Assembly: GCA_013239625.1 (NCBI GenBank)
Contig: MU053561.1
Location: 2,496,283-2,560,282 of the forward strand
From: Lama guanicoe
Taxonomy: Eukaryota
Length of the DNA: 64,000 bases
Reading direction: 5' to 3'
The position numbers and the translations under genes were made by a program. The notes beneath the pieces were generated by a model that was not told the origin of the DNA, ran no database searches, and saw nothing but the letters and a program-made list of their open reading frames with translations. Numbering within the stretch: the stretch's first letter is position 1; each line of letters begins with the position of its first letter. This document shows positions 25,765 through 37,500 of this stretch, piece after piece.

Positions 25765-25973
25765 CAGTGGTTCTCAACCAGGAGTGAATATGCCCCCCAA
25801 GGGCATTTAGTAAAGTCTCAGAGACAGTTTTCCTTGCCACAGCTGGCGGCAGGGTGCTACTAGCATCTCCTGGGTGGAAGTCAGGAATGTTGTTTTGCTC
25901 AGTTCAGGACAGCTTCCCACAACAAGAATGATCCAGCCCAAAGTGTTAACAGTGCCACTGTGGAGAAATCCTG
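25765..25973 (+). mobile_element. MER20-like hAT-Charlie DNA transposon
   Basis: cagtggttctcaacc...tgctactagcatct...ggacagcttcccacaacaagaatgatccagcccaaa...gagaaatcctg. Confidence 0.8.
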
Positions 25974-26976
25974 TTCTAGACCATTATTCCTCTTTCATTA
26001 AAAATGGCCAGCCAGCCTGAAAGTTCATGCCTTTAGACAACCTGCTACCCCTACATGATTCAGCCATCTAGAGCCTGTATCATTCCGCCTAATTTTTGAA
26101 GACTTCAGCACCAAACTTGCTGCCACTCCAGTACCACTCCTCATCGATCCTAGAAGAATTCAACATCCACACTGACTTCTTCATTCCATGACCGATTCTC
26201 TAATGTTCTTTTTCCCTAACTTAGCTGTACAGTCAGACATACCCTAGACCTTGATTCCAGCTGATTCCTCTGCATAATCCAATTTCAAGCATCCTACAAC
26301 CACAAATTCGCATCTTCCCGGCTCACCCACTATACTAACCTGACTCTACGAATCCTTCCTCCCCCCTAGAATTGCCAACATGGTGATTCTACCACCTGCC
26401 CCTATTCCCTTCCCCTCCTCACGTCCTTTCCTTCATCCTACTCGGCTTACACCCTACAGACCATCGTCACACCCTTACGTGTAGTCTCCCTGTCCTTTTT
26501 GCCTGGCAAAACCCTAGGTTACATCCAAGTCTCCATCTAACCCAACTGAATGATCCCAGAGAAAGTCACGAACGTATGATGACTAGTCTCACTTTAAATC
26601 TCTGACCAATTTCGGCGGGCTGTTAGCAATGCCTAACAGTCTGACAACATCTCTAGTCCGTTTACTATTCCACTCTCCTAAACAATTATTTCACACTTTC
26701 TTCTACTCAAACTCCAACCTGTACCCCACTTCCCCTTTCCACTTCTGATCTTGCTTCCTAATTCACTGAGAACAAAAGAATTCAGAAGAGAATCTCCCAA
26801 CCCTCCCACCACATCCTCAAATCCACCTACTTTCTTATCAAAAGGCAACTTCTATTCGTGATCTCATTCCACCTCTACAACCCAGGAAACTTGCTCCAGG
26901 AATTCGCCCTCTAATAGATTGCTCATTTCAGAAAATACAGTATTGCGCATCTTAAAAAACGAATTCCCCTCGACTT

Positions 26977-28123
26977 TGATATTCGTCTGCTAGGGCTGCC
27001 ATGTACAATACCACAGACTGGGCAGCTGAAACACCAGAAGCCTATCTTCTCACAGCTCTGGGAGCTGGAGTCCGGGATCGAGGCGTCAGCAGGGTGAGGC
27101 TCTCCTGAGGTCTCGCTCCTGGGCTTACAGATGGCCATCTCACAAGGTCTTTTCTCTACATATGCAAACCTGGCATCTCTCCCTCTTCATTTTTTTTTTT
27201 TTTGGTTTGCATTTCAAAACTGGCTTTAAATACTCATCAGGGTGCCATGCAAAGGGGCTAGGGTGAGAGCTTGTTATATGTGAGTGGGGGCTGGGGTGCC
27301 CTGAGAGACAAGAGACCTACACATCAGGGCAGCTGGGGTGCCCCACCCCAAAACAGGGATAAGGGAAACAGAGTAGAGGCCCTCTCTGGAGGGTCCCAGG
27401 GCCAACGGGGAGCCAGCCCTCCCTTTGAGATAGATCATCAAGGGGGCAACTGAGGAGGAGCTCCCACGGTGGCGGTGATAGGCGGTCACTTCCTCAGTGG
27501 TATTGCTGATAGCTGGGGTAACCTGGGGCCGGGGTACCCTCCTTAGGGGGCAGCTGGCTGGGGTACTCCGGAAGTGGGGGTGCATTGCAGAACTGCTGGG
27601 CAGTGTAGTGAGTGAGGAGGATGCAGACACCCTCGATGAGGGCCCACAGGATGCCCCCCATTGTGGCCGAGCCCACCATGGCCAGTGGTTCACTGCAGGC
27701 AGCCAGCACAGCCCCGGTCAACACTCTACTGGTGATGGAGTTCAAAGGATCTTCCCTGCCCCACAGCCACACCAGACCACAGTCAACGGTGAAGAACAGG
27801 CCTCCCCCCAACACCGCAAAGCTACTTCCGGTTTGAGGGGCTCAGATTCTCACAGCTTTGACAATACCTCTTTATCAGTGCCGAATTCCCAAGGCGCCCG
27901 AGCGTACTCCTCCATGGCGCCAGCATCCAGCCTCGCAGTCTGGCTAAACTCCAGCTGGTCTCTCCCTCTTATAAAGACACCAGTCCTACTGAATTAGGGC
28001 TCACCCATATGATCTCATTTAACCTTAATTACCTCCTTAAAGGCGCCGTCTCCAAATACAGTCACATTAGGGGGTAGGGCTTCAATCTACGAATTTGGGA
28101 GGAGCACAGCTCAGTCCATAACA
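26977..28123 (-). mobile_element. MaLR solo LTR (MLT1A/B-like), split by the TIMM17B retrocopy
   Basis: Left half tagggctgcc...accacagactgggcagctgaaacaccagaa...ctcacagctctgg. Right half cttataaagacaccagtc...gatctcatttaaccttaattacctc...tccaaatacagtcacatt...cagtccataaca. Confidence 0.82.
27188..27958 (-). pseudogene. TIMM17B: TIMM17B processed pseudogene (mitochondrial import inner membrane translocase Tim17-B retrocopy)
   Basis: Intronless. ATG 27915 (MEEYAR), then GIRH**RG...[18 protein letters not shown]...EDPLNSITS...[10 protein letters not shown] (stop 27494-27496). Poly(A) seen as a T-run 27190-27203. TSD tctctccctctt (27176-27187/27959-27970). In-frame stops. Confidence 0.93.
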
Positions 28124-31100
28124 ATTTTTTCATCCCCCTCTGATAGCTGCTCCATTTTTCTGCTTTCCTGTAAAAAGACTTCAAAAGTAACTGTGGTTTG
28201 CTATATCAATTTCCCCTCCTTGCATTCTCTCTTGGTTCAACCCAGTCTTTCATCCTCATCACACCACTGAAGCAGCTCTGGTTAAGGTCACCAGTAACAT
28301 CCGTGTTATGGAATCCAGTAGTCAATTGTTGACCTTTATCCTTTTTGACCTATCAACAGCATTTGACAAAGCTGATCACTTTCCCTTCCAAGAAATATTT
28401 TCTTCTCTTGGTTTATGTGGCGTTACTCTTCTTAATTCACCTACTTCAGTGATTTTTCTTTCTCAGTCTCCTTTGTTAGTTCCTCCTTATTTCTCCAGTC
28501 TCAACACATTTAAGAGCTCCAAGGATCAGTTCTTGCATTTCTGTCTTCCCCCACCACTTCCTTCTCATCCTCTCATGAGTTTAAGTACCTTTGATACACT
28601 GATGACTCCCAAATTTATCTCCAGCTTCAAACTCCGTGTGATTATATCCAATATTAGCAATCTCCACTTGGGTGTATCATAGGTACCTCATATTTAAGCT
28701 GTCTAAAACAGAACTCCCAATTTCCAATTCTCACTGCCCACCAGCACCAAAGGGTTTTGCCTGCAGTCTTCCTCCATCTCTTTAAAAGCAAAGTCTAAAT
28801 CCATTCTTACAGGTGGTGGAGCCAATCACTTTAGAAACATTCGTGACTCTGCTCTCAGGCATCACACCCAATCCACTGGCAAATCCTATCAGCTGTCTCC
28901 AAAATACATCTGCTGAGCACTGCTCTCTGCCTCCACTGCTAGCCATCCTGGTCTAAGGTACCATGATTTCTCACCTGGAGTTTTGCACCAGCCTTCTAAC
29001 TAATCTCTGCTTCCACCCTTCACCCCCGACTGTCTATTCTCCCCCCAACAGTCAGAGAGGTCCTTTTAAAATACATCACATGTCACTCTTCGGCTCAACA
29101 GCCTCCAATGGCCTCCCATGTTACTCAGAATAAAGACAGTCTTTACATCAGCACTTAAGACCCTACAACACCCGAACTCCTGCTCTTCTCTTGTTCCTAC
29201 CCATCCCCCTTCCATCACTCTATTCCAGCCAAACCAGCCTGTCGGGGGCTCCTCACACTCTGGCAGGCTTTACAATCACTGCCCCTCCATCTGGAGTGCA
29301 ATTCTCACAGACAACTACACGACTCACTCCCTCATTTGCCTCAGGTCTCTGCTCCTTTGTCAGATACCATCTTATTGGAGAGATCCCTAACTACCCCGTA
29401 TAAAATTGCAACTCTCCAGCCCGAGACTCCAGATCATCTTTACTCAGCTTCATCGCCGTCCAACATACATGTTCTATTTCTTTCTTGTCTGTGCTCTCAC
29501 ACGAGACTGTAAGGTCTAGGAAGGCAGGGATTTGACATTAACCCCTTCACTGCCGCCATGTAGGGTAGTTCTTGGCACACAGTAGAGGCTTAGTCAATAT
29601 TTTGCTGACTGAATAAAGATCTAATTGGTAGAATTTTTAGTTTGAATCTCCTTGGTATCTGTTTCTACAAGCCTTCCTTTCCCCTAAACTGATTTTTTTT
29701 CCTACAAACAAACACTTGGTAAAAAAAAAAACCAGCCTTCTCTCAAACCTGTTGGATAAATTATATGCACCTTAGGGACCAGCCTTGAATTTTCTGATTA
29801 CCTCAGACAGCTAGGGATTTGCTTGCCATGAAGAAGCTTTCTGTATTACAGCATTTCCCCCCATATGTCTTTTAATGAGTCAGATTTCAGAACTGAGGAT
29901 AAAAAGCTTATCATTTATCTCAGCTGGAAAAAGGTTTTGGTAATTGGATAACTCCAACATTTCTATTGCAACAGAAAATTTCTATACATCTAGATTTTGG
30001 CAAATGCCCTAGACTTTAAGCAATATTAATGGTAACAGTTCCACTACAAATATTAGAAAAGTTTGTGCAGGTGTTGATGGGAAGGGGGAGGCTATTTGGC
30101 CTGCGCTACAATGGAGTCTAAATGCAGCTGAAAAACTTGGCAAAGTAAGAGTGATCTGCAGGGCCCAAGATTCCAAGGTGAGGACAAAAAGAAGTTTGAG
30201 AATTTATGAATTGCCCCCAGTGTAACAAAGTGCTTCAGAAATCACCTTTGAGCTGTGAGCACTGAGGCATCAACAAGGTGCAGCATTATGATGTAAGCCA
30301 CATCTCTGGTGTTACGGGTGGGAAAAAAAGAGCCACAAATTACAGCCTCCATCCCCTGGGATGTTGTAACGGGATAAACACCTTGGCTGCCTTGGATAAT
30401 AAGCATACACACATAGCTGTCAGCCATTCACTCTCTAATCTCAAAAAGGCGATAGTAACTCAGCTTTACTCCAGAGGAGGTATACCTGTGTGCTAGGTTT
30501 GTTTCAATTAAGAGGTGGACGGGTGAAGTGAAATGCTAATCAAAAGCAGAATATAGGAAGAGGCATTTCACTCTTTGTCTTATTAGCTTCTGCACCATGA
30601 TTTCAATTCCTTCATCACTTCCGCAAAGAAGTCCTCCTTAACTAGGTCAAATCCCTGTCCCACGCCCCCCAGCCACACGTACCTCCCACCATAGAACTCA
30701 TCACCACGGCCACCTCACAGCCAGACATGATGACTGCATTAACGCCTGTCCCCCCCCCCCCACCTGGCTGTGAGCCTCGGGAGGACAGGGCCTGGTTTCG
30801 GTTTTGGTTATCCTTATATTTTCAGTGCCCAGGAGTGTCTGGCACATTTAATACATGTTTTTAAATTAGTGTATGAATAATTAAGCAGTAAAAGTGTTCC
30901 TCCCATCCTTGCTTTTGTATGTAATCTACACTCAGATTTAGCTGAGGATTCTGGGTAAAAAGGGCTTGAGCTAGTGAAGACGTCATCTCCTCTGCATCCC
31001 CCTCACCTTCCCCCACCACCTGGGATTAGATGGTTCTTTCATTTCCATCCCTGCCCCCTGGCTACTGACTCCTGTGGCACTTTGTATTAAAACTGACGCT

Positions 31101-33203
31101 AATTTCATTTATATGCCTACAAATTCTAAATGCCTATGATTCTCTTTGCACTTGAAGGTAGACCTTTTCATTCTTTCTGTCTCTCCCTAGGGCTAGATGC
31201 TACATAGCAAAGAGCAGTACAGTATCCTGCTGTGTAAGCCCAATTTTCTCATGGTATTACGGTAGACATCAAGATTTCAGATAACCAGAGAGGCCACACT
31301 GACAATGGCATTTCCATGACTATCCTGTTAGTGCAGGAGAACCTGGCTTCAGCTCTGAGCCCTGCTGCAAGCTACTTCATTGGGCAACAGACAGTCAGAG
31401 AGGAAACAGCCCAGTGCTCATATACAGCCACCCCAAATCACACACGATCGCTAGAGGAAGGGGTCATGCCCCACAAAGACATCTTTCTCCCTACCGTATT
31501 CATAATAATTGCGTGGCAGCACAAGTCCTTGGCAAGGTTTTAAAGGGCCCAGGCTCCATCCAGTCATGCTGTCACTATGCCCTTTTTTGATTTACACTGC
31601 TAAAGAGAAGTCAAACTGTATACCTTCCATGAAGGCCACTCTGTCCCATAAGAAGCACTTTAGAAACTGGGTGCTCAGCGATGTGGCACTTTGCTGACAG
31701 ATGCTCAACATCTGGCCATTTCAGCTGCACCTAGGCTGCTCTTTTTTTCTCACATTCCAAGACCTGGTCCCATGGCAATGACACTAGCATTTGGATGGCA
31801 CTTCATGGTTTATAAAGCATTTCTTATATTTACTATAAAGCATTATTATCATCCGGTCCTTGCCTAAGCCTGGTGAGGTAGGCAAGTAGATATAAAAGGA
31901 AAATCTGGCAGCTGTGGTGTCACATGAAGACAGGCTGGTTGACACTGGCAGAGCTCATAAGGCAGCACCTCCATTAGATGGCAACACTGCACAATGTCAC
32001 CCATTGCAAGGGGGTGCAGGGACCCACTTAGTCATGCTTCAAACTAAACATGCTTCAACAGTCACTAAAATGAATGTGGGCCTGAGACAGACACAAGGAT
32101 GCTACTTATGTTAACTCAAGAAACATTTCCACGCCCAGGCAAGGATTTAAGGACGCATGTTTGGTTTAGTCTAACCTATTAGGACGGTGGTTCCAATTTT
32201 TGCTGTACCCACCTCACATCAACAGCATCTCACTGTTACAGGAACACCCACCCGACATAACTAGGTGGCTTTGCAAGTGTAGGCTCAGAATGAGAACACT
32301 AGAGAAACTGGTCAAGATACCAGAGGAATCTTAGAGTAGATTACATCGGTCAGTGGGCTCTGATTATCTGAAGATTATAAGTTATAACCTCTGCATCCAT
32401 CTCCAGACTAAAAGCAAGAACACTCGAACACCAAAGTGAACACTGCCTCACTCCTAAACAGTGCTTGGAAAGGACATGGACAGCGTTCACCTGATGCGCC
32501 TTCTGACTGACATGGTCCCACCTGTCGATCTGGTCACGTGGGTTACAGTATGTATGTGTTACTAAATTCCCAGTGGAGCAGAGTGAGCTGTATGCTAATC
32601 CTCACATCTCATCGATGAAAGAACTGAGGCGCCCAGGGAATCTGTAACCAGCCTGATGTCAGATGGTCCACAAACGGCAGAGGCAGGGTTTGTCCGTTCC
32701 TGCTGGCCTGGAAGCCACTGCTTTGCAGGTGACGCTATCCTTGCTCTGGTGCTGATCTTACAGCCTCCATTTCCCGATTTTTATCAGGGACCTCACCATA
32801 GCTGCTGAGTTCTAAAAACAATGCCTGCCACAAATGCAGAAACCAGAATGTAGAGAAGTGAGTGATTTTTCCAAAGCTGTACCCTCAGCTAAGGGGAACC
32901 TGGAACTCAAGTTAAGTCAGAACTCTTCCTTGCAGGCCTTACTGTCTTTACCTCTGTATCTTCAGACCTTGTCTTTAGAGGGCATCATTGCTTAGACAGG
33001 TCTTAGTGCCTCTGTCCATACTGTGGCTGGGCTAACGCAGGGCTTTGTCTCCTAGTCCCAACTCAGAGGAGAGCAACAGCTCTATCTAGGAAGAAATATA
33101 GTTCTTTCTAGCAGAAATCAGCAGAGCAAGTGTTTTGGAAATGACTGCTAATGGGAAGATGGGAGTCTGAACAGTTTCCCAAAGTAACAAAGTCTCAAGA
33201 GTT

Positions 33204-33695
33204 TGTATTAGTCAGGATACTAATCACTGTATAAACAACCCCCAAATCTCAAGTTTTTTAAAAAAATACTTCTTGATCGTGTCATAGTCCAATGTGGGTG
33301 TGCTGGATTGAGAAGGGAAGCGCATACGGGCAAGGCTTTTCTCTGCCAACATTCAGGAACTGAGGCTTACTGGTCTACCAAAGGGCCCATGGCCAACAAC
33401 AGGTTAAGACTCTGATCCAGTGGCGTCACAATTCCCTAGGGCCTTGCAGTCTTCCACCAGTTCCATCATATTCAGTGGACCAACGACAGAAGAAACACCA
33501 CAAAGAATCACTTGCGAAGTGTTAGAGGGCTGGTAAGAAATGACTTACATCACTTCTCTCCACATTCCATTGACTTAGATAGAACTCAGTAATAAGGACC
33601 CACGTAACTGCAGTGAAGACTAGGAAATGTAGTCTCTCTGGACCAGGAGAAAAAGGAAATGGGGGTTAGTAAACAAAAGCATTATCTCTGCTACA
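33204..33695 (-). mobile_element. MaLR solo LTR (MLT1J/K-like)
   Basis: tgtattagtcagg...aacaacccccaaatctc...catcacttctctccacattccattg...ggaaatgtagtct...tctctgctaca. TG...CA termini. Confidence 0.75.
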
Positions 33696-33709
33696 CTGTC
33701 AAACATGTA

Positions 33710-33715
33710 TTTATT
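33710..33715 (-). terminator. Candidate TTF2 polyadenylation signal AATAAA
   Basis: tttatt on + about 710 nt past the TTF2 stop, followed on the minus strand by a U-rich stretch (gcttttgttt). Confidence 0.55.
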
Positions 33716-33721
33716 AGATTA

Positions 33722-33940
33722 TACCAAGGATAATACAAACACTAAGTGATACAACAATACTAAATGAAATGATGATTCTAAATGCTACAAATACTGTAAA
33801 TTTGTAAAAATACAAATACGATAAAAATGAGACAAATATTAAATTATATGGCACAAATGCTACATGATATGATAGCAATAATAACACTAAATGATATGAC
33901 ACCAAATACTAAACGATACGATGACACAAATACTAAACAT
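33722..33940. repeat. Degenerate AT-rich minisatellite (about 21-24 bp unit, acaaatactaaa(t/c)gata(t/c)ga)
   Basis: Recurring caaatactaaa / cactaaatgatatgac / cacaaatgctacatgatatga units. Confidence 0.7.
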
Positions 33941-34427
33941 CTATGTGTTATGTACAAAGCACCTCCCTGACCTTCCGCCCAAGAGGAAGAACTGCCTGGG
34001 CTGAAACAACTGCAGAGGGATGGCTGTAGGAACCCACCCTCTGCTTGGCCCATGGAGGTGGTTATAGGGCAGGAGGGATGAAGAGATAGGGTGGAGCCTG
34101 TGTTAGAAAAGGCAGTAACACTCAGTCATCAGCTGAGACAAGAAAGGCAACAGAGGGCTTTTCGGGCTTTTACTGAAGCTTGGTACAACTCTCCCAGGGT
34201 TGTTTTCCAAATTATCTGACTTTAAAGCACTTTCTTTTATCTGAAGTAATTCATTGGTTTCTATGTCACTCAGGAAATAAGTTGACTAGTTAACTTAACT
34301 GGTTAACCAACTGCTTAATATGATACCTGATCCTCAATGTAAGGCGGGCATCAGGATTGATGGTGAAAAGAAATGCCAAGGAGAGCTCACCAACAGTGGT
34401 GCCATTCTAAGACCTAGAACCAGGAAG

Positions 34428-34572
34428 TTAGATGCCAAAAAGGACTTTGAGGTCAGCCAAGGTGAGCTTGGTGACAAATTCTCCGGATCCTGATAGAATC
34501 TGTTTGGCCAAATCCTTCTTTCTTTCTTGAAGCTGCAAGATCTTCTCTTCCACTGTTCCCTCACAAACAAAT
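34428..34572 (-). CDS. TTF2: TTF2 last coding exon (23)
   Basis: Acceptor ttttcag|[51 protein letters not shown]. Confidence 0.95.
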
Positions 34573-37500
34573 CTGAAAAGTAGACAAATAAGCAAACAAT
34601 CAAATACCAAAAGCCGCATATCTAATGACACATGCAAATGTCTATTTATGCTTTAGTTTTCTAATGAGATTTCTTCTGTTATTTAGGTTTCCTTAGGTTT
34701 GGTTAAGAACTCTACTTTTAGGAGATCCAAACAACTTTGACTAAATACATATCCACTTAAAAATGATGTCTGACCTCAAATTGACTTTTTCTTTCTTTCT
34801 GAAGCTAAGATAATTGAGAAATGCCAAAATAAGCAAAAGGTATCCTGATCCAAAAAAGTGTAGAGATCTAGCTTTCACACAGAAAAGTTTATCAAGCTTC
34901 TGCTAGGAATATGTGTGCTAGTTTAGGTATAGCGTGTCTAATTTCTTGGTGAATTCACACTGCAAACAGGTTTTACAAACTGAGGAAATGCCGCCATTGT
35001 CTTTTATTCACATATTCAACAAGTACTGATTTATGCTATACACTATGCTAGGCATAGGAACAGAGTGATGAACATAGTCTTACTGTCAAAGGGAGCACAA
35101 GAAACAGACATGAAAACAAACAAAAATAATATGACCTGGAAAGCGCTGTAAAGGAAATATGTCCAGTGTGCAAGAGGAATAAAAGGAAAGCTGTCTAAAG
35201 TATTCAGGGAAGGTTCCATTCTACCTAAATGTCCATCAGACAGATGACTGGATAAAGAAGATGTGGTATGTATATACAATGGAATATTACTCAGCTGTAA
35301 AAAAGAATGAAATAATGCAACAACATGGATGGACTTAAAGATGATCATACTAAGTGAAGCCACACAGAGAAAGACAAATATCATATGATATCACTTATAT
35401 GCAGAGTCTAAAAAATGATACAAATGAACTTATTTACAAAACAGAAACAGAGTTACAGACATAGAAAACAAACTTATGGCTACCAAAGGGTAAAGTAGGG
35501 GAGGGATAAATTAGGAGTTTAGGATTAGCAAATATAAATTACTATGCATAAAATGTATAAACAGCAAGGTCCTACTGTATAGCATAGGGAACCATATTTA
35601 ATACCTCGTAATAACCTGTAATGAAAAAGCACATGCATGTAAAACTGAATCACTGTGCTGTACACCAGAAACTAACACAACATTGTAAATCAACTATACT
35701 ACAATTTAAAAAAAATAAAGTTAACTCATAGTGCAACTCATAGGATGAGCCAAGATTTGCTAGATGAACAGTAGGGAGGGCCATCCCAGGGAATGGGAAC
35801 ATGTGTAAAATCATGGCTGAATTTTAGAACATGGTATGCTAGGGAAGTCATCCCGTCTGGCCAGGGCAAAAGTCAAAAACTATGTTTTATTACAACAGTC
35901 GATGCTCAAGAGGCTGGCGGGGGCCAGATCTTGAGTGACTTAGCATATCATGCTAATAAATCTAGATATGAAAGGAAGGGGCACGGGAAGTGGGATGGGA
36001 AGAAAGGGGGGGTTACAAGAAACACATAGAAAATAAAATGAATGGACTTTACTTGTGAAAAGTGAGAAAGAGGGCGGAGCCTAGTTTCTGGCTCTATGAT
36101 TAGATAAACAGTGATCCTGTTCACAAAGACAAGGACTTCAGAAGAATCGATAGATATGAGGTCAGAGGGAGAAACAATTTCAGCTTGCGACATTTTGAGT
36201 CCCTGGAACATGCACATAGTGAGTGCTCAGTAGGGATTAGTTTTCTGAGCTGAATGAAACAAATACCCGAGTGAATGACTAATGAGTGCATATGTGGACA
36301 CACAGATTCAGATATTTCCCAGGGATGTGGATATCTAGGTCTGAAGTTTAGGAGACCTTGGAGCTGAAAGATACAGGTTTTGGACTTACTGGAGGTGACA
36401 GGATTAAGAGAGGTGCAAACAAAGCGAGCTGAAAAGAGAGCAGAAGACAGAACAACTGATATGATCGCTGTACTTGGCCAGTTGTGAAATGTGTTGGTGC
36501 CCCCCCAGCAAGCGCAGTGTCAGGGCAGCAAGTGGGGTGAAAGCCAGTTTGCAAAGGTTGAGGAATGAACAGAAGGGAAGCAAGTAAAGAACAGACAACA
36601 ATTTCTAATTCTTCAGGAAACTCAGCCATGAAAAGGAAGGAGAAAAAGAGGTCCACAGCTACACTGGACTGGACTGTTGAGGCCGGTTTGGTGGTTGTTT
36701 TTAGAGAGGAGGGTCCCAAGTGGAGGGACACTGTACAAAATAACTGGCCTGTGCACTTTGAAAATGTCAATGTCATTAAACTCACAGAAAGACTGAGACA
36801 CTGTTCCAGATTAAGGGGGAACAAAAGAAGTGTACAACTGAATGCGAAACAGGGATTTTATTTTGCTGAGAAGGACACTGCTAGGACAAGTGGCAAAGCT
36901 GAGTAAGGTCCACAGATCAGACTGTGTAACTGTTAACATCCTGGGTTTGATAATTTTACTGTGGTAATGTAAAAGAGTGTCATTTTTGGAAAATGCACAT
37001 TTTACTATTTAGAGGTCAAGGGGCATCATGTCTGCAACCTACCTCAAATGGTCCAGAAAAAAGCTTACACACACACACATGCACGCACACATGCGTGTCA
37101 CAGTATACAGGAATTTTTTGGTATTGTTCTTGCAATCAAGAATTTGGGTGGAGGGAGAGTATAGCATAGTGGGGAGTGAATAGAGCAGTGGTAGACTGCA
37201 TGCCTAGCATGCATGAGGTCTTGGGTTTAATTCCCAGCATCTCTGTTAAAAACAAACAAACAAACAAACTTAATTACCTCCCCCCATTAAAAAAAAAAAG
37301 AATCTGGGATAATCTTGTAAGAATCCTTACATCCTTTTTTTATATGTCTGAAATTAAGTCAAAATAATTAAAAGTGGAAAATAAGAGAGAGAAAGAGAGG
37401 AGGGACCTTTCATGCACTGCCTTGACTGAGATAAGGCTCATCATTGCACATGAGCTCTTCTCCTTTTGCAAGGACCAACACAAAGGTCACCCCAAATTGC

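Larger units (their letters stand above)
26060..29617 (+). mobile_element. Long L2 LINE remnant (EN to RT to 3' end), interrupted by the MLT1 LTR
   Basis: EN-like EFNIH and TLDL segments near 26155-26255. PILKK-like segment before the LTR and YRPISLL-like segment after it. RT motif FDLSTAFDKADH (ORF 28308). L2 tail cttggcacacagtagaggcttagtcaatattttgctgactgaat. Confidence 0.75.

Noticed and set aside
27494..27814. 106-aa Tim17-like ORF as a functional retrogene
   Set aside because: Non-ATG start. The upstream part has a missing exon and three in-frame stops, and there are many non-conservative substitutions.
34281..34312. Short quasi-palindrome gttgactagttaacttaactggttaac in the TTF2 3' UTR
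   Set aside because: Has two mismatches on the transcribed strand and is too short and AT-rich to support a structured RNA call.
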